From: an uncultured Acidimicrobiia bacterium
GTDB lineage: Bacteria > Acidobacteriota > Terriglobia > Versatilivoradales > Versatilivoraceae
Length of the DNA stretch: 64,000 nucleotides
Assembly: GCA_963786955.1 (NCBI GenBank)
Contig: CAWBAT010000005.1
Span: 1,664,001-1,728,000 of the forward strand
Direction of reading: 5' to 3'
Shown one piece after another: positions 32,205 through 41,913 of this stretch. The notes under the pieces are model-generated. The model saw only the letters and a list, made by a program, of their open reading frames with translations. It searched no databases and was not told where the DNA came from. Position numbers and translations under genes: made by a program. Position 1 is the first letter of the stretch. Every line of letters begins with the position of its first letter.

Positions 32205-33861
32205 TCATCCCAAATCCAAAGTCAATCGTGTTACCGAAGCAGCTGGAAATCGATAGATTAATGTTTTTCCCCTACTCTGGATCACGCTCTCTTTGGGCTC
32301 TACAGCGCGGGGATTATCGAAGCTGTTGTAAGCGTGAATATCACTGGCCGTCAATGTTGTGCCCCGGCCCGACAAAACCGATGCAGAACGGATCGCGATC
32401 TCTGCTTCCCGTTCCTGGTTTGTGTCCGGGTTGACGACGGTCAGCACCAGCCGTTTCTGTTGAATTGATGCTGACCCGGCCAATCCCCCAAAAGAGGCCG
32501 GCTTGCCCAGACGGGTGTAACTTACCTGAGGGCCGGAAAAGAGCGTGCGAACCGCCTGGTTTCCTTGATGGGCCGCATACATATCGAAGACATGGTAATT
32601 GGGTGTCAGAAGGAATCGTTCCTCATGAGCCGCGAACAGCGAATGCAGGCAGTTGATCAGTTGAGCCACATTGGCCATGGCAACCTTATCGGCATGGCGT
32701 ATGAACGTGTCTAACGTTAAGGCCGCGAGCAGTGCATCACGCAGTGTCGACGTCTGGCCATACAGATGAGTGGGATCTGCCTCACTGCCGGATTTATGCC
32801 AGGCACCCCATTCGTCCACGACCAATTTGACACGATGCTGGTGATCAATCTCGCCCATAATAGACCAGTGTTTCATGATGAGAGTTTCCATTTGATCGGC
32901 CTCACGCAGCAGTTCGTACCAGTCTTCGACGGAAAATTTGATCGCATCCCCTTTACTGGCGACCCAGTCGGTATTCTGCCCTTTGCCGACATTCCAGGAA
33001 TAGTGGTGCATTGCCCACCCGTACAGATTGTTAATTTGATCTTTTCCTTTTTCGGTCAGTTTGAGAAAAAAACGACGGGTCCATTCTGTATCGCCACCAT
33101 TGGGCCCCGCTCCAATGATGGAGAGATCCACACCGTATCGTGGGATCCAGGCTGTAAAGCGGCGAAATTCCGTGGCGTACTCCTCAGGCGTGAAATTTCC
33201 ACCACAGCCCCAGGGTTCATTCCCGATTCCCCAATAACGAACCCCAAAAGGGTTCGAAGTGCGCCTCCTTTCGCTCGCAGTTCAGAAAGAGTCGTGCTAC
33301 CGGCAGGGGAATTACAGTATTCCACCCACTCGTCGAAATCTCTGGGGGTCAGACTTCGGACGTTGGCTGCCAGGTAAGGTTGCGCGCCGACCTGCCTGCA
33401 AAAACGGATAAATTCGTTTGTGCCAAACATGTTTGGATCGTATCTTTGGGGTCCAGACAATATCTTTCGGGAAGATTGGGATCATCAGTCCAGAAGTTAG
33501 TGCGACGCGGACGTTGATTGCGTGGCCCCACGCCATCATGCCAGTTATAGCTGTCGGCAAAACATCCACCCGGCCAACGAATGACTCCTGGCTTTAGACG
33601 GCGTAAGGCGTCTACTAGTTCCTTGCGTATCCCTTCATAATTCGGAATCTTGGAATTCTCCCCGACCCACACTCCATCGTAGACCACTCCTCCGAGGTGT
33701 TCCACGAAATGTCCGAACAGATCCGGTGATACCGCTGCGACCGGTTCTCCCGCCAGAATCTCGATTCTGGAGTCGGTTGCCCGTAATGATCGGGGTCCAA
33801 ACAAGACAGCACTTCCAATGACTACGTTTTTGACAAATGATCTGCGCTTCATTGTTGACAT
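32205..33861 (-). CDS. GH51 alpha-L-arabinofuranosidase, Tat signal, frameshifted
   Basis: KRRSFV, FGHFVEHLG..VYDG, RWPGGCFAD.Y.W, FGTNEF, W.EYCN, VDEWG.WH, MANVAQLIN.L across three ORFs. Confidence 0.9.
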
Positions 33862-33986
33862 GTTTCGCCTCACGCCAAATCGCAGACATACAGAAACATC
33901 GGCCAACTCCTGATCCGTCCTTTGAGCGTCTGCCCCACGGGTCGGTAGAAATCACCAAAAAATTCCACTACGTCGGGGATAAAACT

Positions 33987-36026
33987 TTAAAACTGCTTCA
34001 ATAGTGGAAAGACTGTGATCCGCAATTTCGCCGATCCATAGGGAATCAGAGTAAGAATCTCAACCGGTTCCAGGCTACTCGCAGGGCTCTGCGGGAGCAG
34101 TCCTGCGGACCCATTGACTTCTGCCCATTCCATGATTCGGCGTCCCTTCAGGCGTAATTGAATAGGTGCCCCTTCGGACGTGAATGGGGATAACCCGACT
34201 GGCTTTAGGTTCGTTTCAATAGAGTCTTCTGGATGATCGACGTCCAGAATTAACCCGTAATTCCACGGTGTGGTGGGATGAACTTCCCAATCTTTGGCCG
34301 GAACCGAAGCAGGTCTGCGCATACCTTTTTCAATCTTCCGCCAGTCTTCGCCTACCTTCAAAGAGAAGACCAGCGGCCCCTTTTCAACTGCTATCGAATC
34401 CCTGTACCAGCGGGAAGTTCTCGCGTGCAGTGGGAATTCTAAGACGACCTTGTCACCCTTGTTCCACTGCCGATCAATCCTATGGAATGAACCAGGCTTG
34501 AGACCTTGCAACGGTTTCCCATTCAGAAAGACCTTTGGTTCTGAAACCCATTCGGGGATTCGTAAAGATAGCGGGAAATTCACAGGCTTTGCGGGTGTGA
34601 GCCCCAGATGGATAGTCCCGCGAAATGGATAATCGGTCTCTTCGATGATGTGAAGGCGTACGCCATCCTTTACGATGGTATTCACTTCACAGGGGCCGTA
34701 GCTCACGGCTGCCACTCCGTCGTCCGGCGTGGCCATCCAGAGGCTGGCTAAAAACTTAGGCCAGCCTTGGTGCATATTGGCTGTACAGCAACCGAAGTTG
34801 GGCTCGAGACCGAAAACATTGGCTTCCGGCCCATTGGTTGTCCAGTCTCGCTGCCGGATATCGCAACGGATTTGATTGGGCTGTTGATCATATTGATGTG
34901 CCCACATGTCGCCTGAAAAAGTTGCCGGCATTGCGTTGAAGGCAATTCTCTCGAGACGGTCTCCCAACCTAGGATCTCCTAGGAGGCCAATCAGGTGCTC
35001 CAGAGAAAACATGGATTCCACGACGCTGCAAAGCTCGTTGCCCTGTGTAGGATTAGGCCCGGCGTAGTGTTCATCGGCACTGTGCATGCCGTGTGGAAGT
35101 AGATGATAACTGTCCAATTCCCCCAACATGCGGTAGATAGCCTCTCGATCGGAGGATTCATGTGAGACCAGCCACCAGACCGCAGCGGTCTTCATGGCCA
35201 TGGCATTGTTCACTCCGTGGGCTCGCAGAGCCAGGTCCGTCAAGCCGCCGCCGGGTCTCAGCCCAAGTTGCTCGTTACTCGTTTTGGCTACGAATTCAAA
35301 ATGTTCGAACTGTTTCTTCCAGTCATACCCCTGGTCATGCAACTGTCTTGCCAGGCCAAGGAGTTGTTTGTTGCCGGTGCGGTTGTATAGCCAGAGGACG
35401 CTTAGAAGTTCATCCGCCCAGCGATAGACAGCCCACTCCTTCAAGGGGTGTTGTTGAAGCTGATTCGTTTGATAGAAGAAATATCGTTCCATTAAGGGGA
35501 TGACCCTTGGATCACCCGTTGCTTCCTGATATTGCGTGAGCACCTTAAGCATGATCATGTTGGGCCACCAGTCTTGATTCTTCTCAGGACCTATAGATCC
35601 GTCAGGCCTCTGGTGGGTTAACGTCCAATTCACCCACTTATTCGCTTTGGCAATCAGCTTTGGGTCATCGAGAAGATAAGCCAAAGGCACAAGCCCATCC
35701 ATGTAATACGGGCCTCGTTCCCAACTTTCACCTGTTCCTCCCAACCAGCCGTTGTCTTCCATGAGGTCAGGCCAGAACTCGTCCAAATGGCCTGTGAGCC
35801 CGGAGGCTTGGGTTTCCAGTTGGTGCCGGAGCCAGCCTCTGGGCTTCACTGAAGTCAAGGGTAATAAATAAAAAGTGGCGCCTGCCAATTCAGGCCGGTT
35901 TCTCACAACGTGCAATCGTGCTGGCACAGGAACAGTTTCCGCACTTCTCCCGTATCCGTTTTGCAGTGAAACAGCTGTGGCATTGGCGAGAAAACAAATA
36001 GCCAGAAGTTGAGCTTTTATTTTCAT
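33987..36026 (-). CDS. GH127/GH146 beta-L-arabinofuranosidase-family protein
   Basis: V.PRGWL, HGVN, ADEH, ELCSVVE, ERIAFNA, FGCCTAN.HQGWPK, LRIPEW. Confidence 0.9.
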   Translation of the reverse strand: MKIKAQLLAICFLANATAVSLQNGYGRSAETVPVPARLHVVRNRPELAGATFYLLPLTSVKPRGWLRHQLETQASGLTGHLDEFWPDLMEDNGWLGGTGESWERGPYYMDGLVPLAYLLDDPKLIAKANKWVNWTLTHQRPDGSIGPEKNQDWWPNMIMLKVLTQYQEATGDPRVIPLMERYFFYQTNQLQQHPLKEWAVYRWADELLSVLWLYNRTGNKQLLGLARQLHDQGYDWKKQFEHFEFVAKTSNEQLGLRPGGGLTDLALRAHGVNNAMAMKTAAVWWLVSHESSDREAIYRMLGELDSYHLLPHGMHSADEHYAGPNPTQGNELCSVVESMFSLEHLIGLLGDPRLGDRLERIAFNAMPATFSGDMWAHQYDQQPNQIRCDIRQRDWTTNGPEANVFGLEPNFGCCTANMHQGWPKFLASLWMATPDDGVAAVSYGPCEVNTIVKDGVRLHIIEETDYPFRGTIHLGLTPAKPVNFPLSLRIPEWVSEPKVFLNGKPLQGLKPGSFHRIDRQWNKGDKVVLEFPLHARTSRWYRDSIAVEKGPLVFSLKVGEDWRKIEKGMRRPASVPAKDWEVHPTTPWNYGLILDVDHPEDSIETNLKPVGLSPFTSEGAPIQLRLKGRRIMEWAEVNGSAGLLPQSPASSLEPVEILTLIPYGSAKLRITVFPLLKQF

Positions 36027-36104
36027 AATGAGAACCGACTCGAGAAGATCGCTGCCTGAATTGTTCCTCAGCAGTTTTTGCGCAGCACAGGATCGGGTTT
36101 CCCC

Positions 36105-38216
36105 TCACCTCAAGCGCTCGGTAAAAGCTGAGCTGCCGCCATGCAGATGGCAACTGCTCAAGTCGCATGACCGGGCTGTGCGCAGTGCCAACGCGCCACT
36201 CGGGCACGCCTCGGCGCAGCGCCGCCCCACTTCGCGAAGCCCCTCAGAGAGCGGCTTGCTGAACGGCACCGCAACCGTTACATCGAAGCCGCGTCCGATC
36301 ATGCTGACGCCGAGGGCCTCTCCGGCATTGGCCGCAATGCGCACGCAGGCGTCGCACAGGATGCACTTGCCCGGCTCATAGATGATCTCCGGGTGGGAGA
36401 GGTCCTGTGAGAACCGGCGGCGGGCGCCGGCAAAGTGGTACACATCGACGTTGTTTTGGGTTGCCAGAATGCGAACCTTGCAGCAGTCCGCTTTGCGGCA
36501 ACCGCAGGTCAGGCAACGCCGGGCCTCCCGTTGGGCGTCCGCTTCAGGCAATCCGTTCAAGACCTCGTCGAAGCTCGCCAGCCGGCGCTCGCTGTCGATC
36601 TCAGGCATGCGCACTCGCGCCGTCCTCTCGATTGCCCGGAAGATAACGGCCCGCTCGCCGTCATCGACCGGCCGCATTGCGATATCTCTCATCGCGGGTT
36701 CCCCCGTCACCCCTTCGCCTTTCAGGAACTGGTCGATCGATGCTGCGGCGATTCGTCCCGCGGCAACCGCGCGAACGGCGAGGTCCGCTCCAAGCACCGC
36801 ATCCCCACCGGCAAAGATTCCGGGCAGGTTCGTGGCCAGCGTTTTTTCATCAGCAGCGATCCCCCAACCGGTCACCTGCAACCCTTCGTGCTCTGCAACC
36901 GAGCGTTCCACCGCTTGGCCGATGGCGGCGATCACGGTCGAGCACTCGACGTAGAACTCGGAACCATCCACTGGTACTGGCCGCCTCCGGCCCGACTCGT
37001 CCGGTTCGCCCAACTGCATCCGCTGGCAGGTCAGCAACAGCCGATGGTTCCCATTGCGTTCGAGTCGCGTCGGCACCACCAGGAACTTGATGGAGACGCC
37101 TTCGGCTTCGGCTGCTTCGACCTCCTCCATCAAACAGGGCATCTCAGGCCTCGTCCGCCGATAGAGGATCTTCACCGCTTGCGTATCCAGTCGAACGGCC
37201 GAGCGGGCGCAGTCCAGCGCAGTATTGCCCCCACCGACAACGATGACATCCTCGCCGAGAGACGGCGGGTTGCCCTTTGCGACCAGCTCGAGAAACTCGA
37301 CCCCGGAGAGCGCGAGTTCCTCGCCCTCGCAGCGGAGTCCCTGGGCCTGTTGTGCTCCGATGGCGAGAAAAACCGCATCGTGGCTTTTCCGCAGCTCGGC
37401 TAGCGTGAAGTGCTCGCCCCAGCGCATACCCATGCGAAACTCGGCGCCAAGTTTCCGAATGACCTGGATCTCGGCATCGAGCGCATCTTTGGGCAGCCGG
37501 TACGCTGGAATGCCGTACCGCAGCATCCCGCCCGGAGCCGCCGCCGCGTCGAAGAGCGTGCAAGCATGCCCTTTCTGCCGCAGGAAATATGATGCTGACA
37601 GTCCCGCGGGACCAGCGCCGATGATGGCGACCGACTTGCCCGTTGCCGGTGCGCACAGCGGGACATAGGGATCGGCGGAGCGCCAGTCCAGATCGGCTGC
37701 GTAGCGGTGCAGAGCGCCGATCGCCAAGCCCTGGTCGAGTTGCGAACGACGGCACTCCTGCTCGCACAATCGCGGGCAGACCCGCCCCAGGGCACCGGGC
37801 AGCGCGAGCCGGTTAGTAATGACCTCCATCGAGCGCCGGTTGTCTCGCGTGGCGACCTCGTAAACGAACCCCGGAATGTCCAATCCGGCCGGACAGCGGG
37901 CCGCGCACGGGGCCACACATTCACCTGCGTGATCTGACAGCAGCAGCTCCAACGCTATTTTCCGCGCACGCCGCACGTCTTCGCTGTCTGTTGTCGCCAC
38001 CATGCCGTCGGATACGGGCAAGGCGCATGCCGGCGAGAGGGCGCGCCGGCCTTCAATTTGAACGGCGCACACAAAGCAGGATGCCACGGGTTCGAGCCCC
38101 TTTACGTGACACAGCGTCGGGATGCGAATCCCCAGCCGCTCCGCTGCCTCGAGCACGGTCGTCCCCGGTTCCACGTGGATGCTTCGGTTATCGATGGTCA
38201 GGGCAAGCGTTCCCAC
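36105..38216 (-). CDS. Fe-S flavoprotein: NuoG/HydA-like N-terminal clusters fused to a GltD/NfnB-type FAD/NADP(H) module (StnC/NsoC-like, truncated)
   Basis: IPTLC..SCFVC..PAC (2Fe-2S); LLSDH..C..PC...CP; GRVCP..CE..C; GAGPAG; GGGNTALD..YRRT; FAGGD; CLTCGC; KCILCDAC; CAEACPSGAL. Confidence 0.9.
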   Translation of the reverse strand: MGTLALTIDNRSIHVEPGTTVLEAAERLGIRIPTLCHVKGLEPVASCFVCAVQIEGRRALSPACALPVSDGMVATTDSEDVRRARKIALELLLSDHAGECVAPCAARCPAGLDIPGFVYEVATRDNRRSMEVITNRLALPGALGRVCPRLCEQECRRSQLDQGLAIGALHRYAADLDWRSADPYVPLCAPATGKSVAIIGAGPAGLSASYFLRQKGHACTLFDAAAAPGGMLRYGIPAYRLPKDALDAEIQVIRKLGAEFRMGMRWGEHFTLAELRKSHDAVFLAIGAQQAQGLRCEGEELALSGVEFLELVAKGNPPSLGEDVIVVGGGNTALDCARSAVRLDTQAVKILYRRTRPEMPCLMEEVEAAEAEGVSIKFLVVPTRLERNGNHRLLLTCQRMQLGEPDESGRRRPVPVDGSEFYVECSTVIAAIGQAVERSVAEHEGLQVTGWGIAADEKTLATNLPGIFAGGDAVLGADLAVRAVAAGRIAAASIDQFLKGEGVTGEPAMRDIAMRPVDDGERAVIFRAIERTARVRMPEIDSERRLASFDEVLNGLPEADAQREARRCLTCGCRKADCCKVRILATQNNVDVYHFAGARRRFSQDLSHPEIIYEPGKCILCDACVRIAANAGEALGVSMIGRGFDVTVAVPFSKPLSEGLREVGRRCAEACPSGALALRTARSCDLSSCHLHGGSSAFTERLR

Positions 38217-40058
38217 CTAAATCACCTCGATGGCATTGTCCTGGCAGGCCTGGAAACACATGTCGCAACGGGTGCAGAGGTTTCCGTCGATCTCGTGCTT
38301 TTCGTACGGGCGAAACTCAATCGCGCCAACCGGGCAGACCTGGGCGCACAAGGTGCAGCCAATACAATTGTCTTTCACGCGGTATTGAATCAGGGCCGGG
38401 CAGCGTCCGGCCGGGCAGCGCTTTTCGTGCAGGTGCGCCTCGTATTCCTCGCGGAAGTACCGCAATGTTGTCGCCACCGGGTTGGGCGCTGTCTGGCCCA
38501 GCCCGCACAGGCTGCCACGGCTGACATAGTCGGCCAGCGTTTCCAGTTTTTCCAGATCGTCCCTCCGGCCGTTCCCCTCACAGAGTCGCTCGAGAATCTC
38601 AAGCATCCGTTTGGTGCCGATCCGGCAGAACGTACACTTGCCACACGACTCGGCCTGTGTGAACTTTAGGAAGAAGCGGGCCATGTCGACCATGCAGTCA
38701 CGCTCATCAAGCACCACCAAACCGCCGGAGCCCATGATCACCCCCGTCTTGGCCAACGCGTCGTAATCGATTGGCGTGTCCGCCAATCGAGCCGGGATGC
38801 ATCCTCCCGACGGTCCCCCGATCTGGACGGCTTTGAACGTGCGGCCGTTTTTGATGCCGCCCCCGATCTCTTCTACAATCTCCCGGACGGTGACGCCCAT
38901 CGGCACCTCGATCAGGCCGCCGTGGTTGATCTTGCCGGCCAGTGAGAAGACCTTCGTGCCCTTGCTGCTCCCGGTGCCGAGGGCGGCGAACGCTTCTGGG
39001 CCGTTGCGAAGGATCCATGGCACGCATGCCAGGGTCTCAACATTGTTGATGAGGGTTGGCTGGCCACGGAAGCCCCGCTCGGCAGGATAGGGCGGGCGCA
39101 GCCTCGGCATCCCGCGCTGGCCTTCGAGCGAGAGGATCAACGCGGTTTCTTCACCACAGACGAAAGCGCCGGCTCCCTCCCGGACTTCAAGGCGGAGCGA
39201 GAATTGCGAACCCAGAATGCGTTCGCCCAGGTAGCCTCTTTGTTCCGCCTGTTGGATCGCCGACCGGATGCGCTGTACGGCGAGGGGGTATTCCGCACGG
39301 ATGTAGAAATAACCTTCCGCGGCCCCAATCGCGTGAGCTGCGATCATCAGTCCCTCGATCACGCGGTGTGGATCCGCTTCCAGCACCAGCCGGTCCATGA
39401 ACGCGCCCGGATCGCCCTCATCGGCGTTGCAGATGACGTATTTGGTTTTTCCGCTCTGCGCCCGGGTGACCGACCATTTTCGCCCCGTGGGGAACCCCGC
39501 GCCGCCGCGACCTCGAAGGCCGGAATTCGTGATCGCGGCAATCACCTTTTCCGGAGCCGATTCTTTCAGGCAGGTCGCCAGTGCCTGATATCCATCCCGG
39601 GCGATGTAATCGTCGATCTTCAGTGGATCGATCTCACCGCAGTTCTCGAGGACAATGCGCTTCTGTTTTCCGAGATACGCCGCCGCAGCGCCCGTGCTGC
39701 GGTCGAACCGGAACTCCTCCAAGTGCGGTCGGTCGCTGTCCGGCGCGACCCATCCCGCGACCCTCTCGGCCTGCCAGCGTGCCCACGCGCGAAGCCGGAG
39801 GGGGCGGAGGTGCTTCCTAGCAATCTGACGGGCCGTCCCGGGTGTCACGTTGCCATAGAGCGTGGTGCGGCCATCCGGCCCAACGACTTCCACCAGCGGC
39901 TCGCGATGACACATCCCGTTGCAGCCGACTGTCTTGACCACGCCATTCGCGCCGGCTTGTCGGGCCTCCTGCATCAGGACCGCGCGAACCGGCTCACTGC
40001 CGCTGGCGACCCCGCAGGAGCCGAGACCGATCCGGATCTCGACGGCGCCCCGTCTCAT
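38217..40058 (-). CDS. NuoF/HydB-like FMN NADH-binding subunit with an N-terminal thioredoxin-like 2Fe-2S and C-terminal 2x[4Fe-4S]
   Basis: CG.ASG...GCNGMC; LRGRGGAGFPTG; NADEGDPGAFMDR; GAGAFVCGEETAL; SCGKCTFCR; CIGCTLC..VCP, CTRCDMC..AC. ATG 40058 overlaps the upstream TGA. Confidence 0.93.
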   Translation of the reverse strand: MRRGAVEIRIGLGSCGVASGSEPVRAVLMQEARQAGANGVVKTVGCNGMCHREPLVEVVGPDGRTTLYGNVTPGTARQIARKHLRPLRLRAWARWQAERVAGWVAPDSDRPHLEEFRFDRSTGAAAAYLGKQKRIVLENCGEIDPLKIDDYIARDGYQALATCLKESAPEKVIAAITNSGLRGRGGAGFPTGRKWSVTRAQSGKTKYVICNADEGDPGAFMDRLVLEADPHRVIEGLMIAAHAIGAAEGYFYIRAEYPLAVQRIRSAIQQAEQRGYLGERILGSQFSLRLEVREGAGAFVCGEETALILSLEGQRGMPRLRPPYPAERGFRGQPTLINNVETLACVPWILRNGPEAFAALGTGSSKGTKVFSLAGKINHGGLIEVPMGVTVREIVEEIGGGIKNGRTFKAVQIGGPSGGCIPARLADTPIDYDALAKTGVIMGSGGLVVLDERDCMVDMARFFLKFTQAESCGKCTFCRIGTKRMLEILERLCEGNGRRDDLEKLETLADYVSRGSLCGLGQTAPNPVATTLRYFREEYEAHLHEKRCPAGRCPALIQYRVKDNCIGCTLCAQVCPVGAIEFRPYEKHEIDGNLCTRCDMCFQACQDNAIEVI

Positions 40059-40951
40059 ACGAGCTCCTTTTGCTCGACAATGTCCAGCGCTGCGCAGGCA
40101 CTCGCCGGGGTGAGGTTCCCAGCGGTATGGTCGTCGACCATGAGGACCGGCGCCAGGCTGCAGCACCCCAGGCACGCCACCTCGTCTACGGTGAACATCC
40201 TTTCCGGATCGGTATCGGCGTCTTCCGGAATCCGAAGTTGGCGGCGCAGTTCCTCTCCGATCTGTCGTGCTCCCGACACATGACAAGCCGTCCCATGGCA
40301 GACGCGGACGATGTGTCGGCCAACCGGCGACCGGCGGAACCGTGCATAGAAAGACGAGGTCCCCGCAATCTGTGCGGGTGTCACTTCCGTCAGCTCGCAG
40401 ACACGCGCAAGAGCTTCATCCGGCAGGTAGCGATAGAACGCTTGGATAGCTTGGAGAATCAGGATGGCCGATTCCTTGCTCCTGCCCTCTTTTTCTACGA
40501 TTCTGTCCACGAAGGTCAGGTCGATCTCGCCCGAGGCGGAAGCGCCGGAGAAAGGCCTCGCCACTGCGGCGGGCCCTCGGGCCGGTGGCGCTTCCAGTTG
40601 GACCAGCTTGCTCATCGTGACGGGACGACGGCCATCCAGCGCGATCCGCCATTTCGAACTCGCAACGAATGCCGACGCCGCGAGAATCAGCAGAATCGAG
40701 ATCCAGCCGCTCCTTACCTTGCGCGTGCGCCGGGCTCGCGTGACGCCATCCTGTAGGGCGGCGAGCTGCGGCGCGAACGACGAGTCGTTCTGAGCCTGTT
40801 TCTGCAGGGCCACGATGCGCGCGTCATCCTTGGGCGCCCGCAGGCGGGCAGCCACGTAGTCCGCGATCAAAACCAGGACGCACACCGCTACGAAGAACCC
40901 AGCGATTTTGGCCGCGGTCAGCGCCAAAGATCTCTGCCCGTTCGTGGTCAT
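40055..40951 (-). CDS. NuoE/HydC-like 2Fe-2S subunit with an N-terminal two-TM membrane anchor
   Basis: VCHGTACHV...ACLGCCSLAP. Preceded by hydrophobic IAGFFVAVCVLVLIA and WISILLILAASAFVAS segments. Confidence 0.9.
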   Translation of the reverse strand: MTTNGQRSLALTAAKIAGFFVAVCVLVLIADYVAARLRAPKDDARIVALQKQAQNDSSFAPQLAALQDGVTRARRTRKVRSGWISILLILAASAFVASSKWRIALDGRRPVTMSKLVQLEAPPARGPAAVARPFSGASASGEIDLTFVDRIVEKEGRSKESAILILQAIQAFYRYLPDEALARVCELTEVTPAQIAGTSSFYARFRRSPVGRHIVRVCHGTACHVSGARQIGEELRRQLRIPEDADTDPERMFTVDEVACLGCCSLAPVLMVDDHTAGNLTPASACAALDIVEQKELV

Positions 40952-41913
40952 ATCGCGGCTCCAGACTTCGTCTCGCGAGGGCATGCGGCGTAGCACCGCG
41001 CACAGTAAAAGCACTCTTTACGTACAGCCCGCATCTTCTCGATCGCACCGTACGGGCAGGCTTCCGCGCACAGCCCGCAGTCCAGCTCTGTGCTCGGGGT
41101 GATGGTGACGCCGCGTTTTGCCAGTCGAGTACACCAGGAGAGCAAGCCGCCGTACGGGCACAAGTAACGGCAATAGGGCCGCCCCACAAACATGCCCAGC
41201 ACCAAAAATCCTCCGCCGATCAGCATCATGTGAGCGAAGCCTTCTCTGCGGAAGAACCCCACGAACGGGTCGAACCGGCAAATGACGAAGTCACGTGAAA
41301 TGGCAGGCTTCACAGCGAGGAGAATGGCCAGCGCAAGATAAACGTACTTCAACAAACCTAGCGCGTTGTCCAGCCGGCGCGGCACCTGAACCGGCTTCAG
41401 GACAACCAATTCCTGTATTGCGCCCAGCGGGCAGACACCTCCGCAGAAAGCGCGGCCGAAAAACAGTGCCACCAATAACGGCAGGAAGAAGATCGCCGTG
41501 ACAACAATAGGAATCGAGTATCCCGGATCGGCGAGCGCCACCGCGACGTTCTGTATGGAGCCGATCGGGCAGATGCAGCCCTCCCGGTAGAATCCGAAAT
41601 AGGCCAGGCAGGCGACCGTCAGCGCCAGCACCCACTTCCGGCTGCGCTGGGACAGAACCAGCCACACGGAGATCCCCATGGCGGCCGCCAGCAGTACGAC
41701 GTCCAAGACCTGCAGCCAGTATTGCCGCGGCTGCGGCTTTTGGACCTCCGGGGTGACGTAGCCGCCCCCGATGGCTTCTGGTTGGGGGGCCGTTTCGACG
41801 GGACGCTCATAATGCATGGCCTGCCCCGGTGCCTTGCTGGCCAAGGTGAGGCCCAGCAGGACTAACGCCAGCAGTACCACTACGGAACGCCACGTTAACT
41901 TGATCGATTTCAT
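40948..41913 (-). CDS. NapH/MauN/NosR-C-like polytopic 4Fe-4S membrane protein
   Basis: GCICPIG, GRAFCGGVCPLG, RPYCRYLCPYG, CGLC..ACP, CFYCARC..ACP; N-terminal signal/TM; ATGA-coupled. Confidence 0.88.
   Translation of the reverse strand: MKSIKLTWRSVVVLLALVLLGLTLASKAPGQAMHYERPVETAPQPEAIGGGYVTPEVQKPQPRQYWLQVLDVVLLAAAMGISVWLVLSQRSRKWVLALTVACLAYFGFYREGCICPIGSIQNVAVALADPGYSIPIVVTAIFFLPLLVALFFGRAFCGGVCPLGAIQELVVLKPVQVPRRLDNALGLLKYVYLALAILLAVKPAISRDFVICRFDPFVGFFRREGFAHMMLIGGGFLVLGMFVGRPYCRYLCPYGGLLSWCTRLAKRGVTITPSTELDCGLCAEACPYGAIEKMRAVRKECFYCARCYAACPRETKSGAAI

Noticed and set aside
36105-38216. Glutamate synthase small subunit gltD
   Set aside because: No gltB nearby; it carries extra NuoG-like clusters and is coupled to NuoEF-like genes.
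38217-40951. Respiratory complex I nuoEF or an [FeFe]-hydrogenase
   Set aside because: No other nuo genes are present, and the third subunit has a GltD/NfnB module instead of H-cluster motifs.
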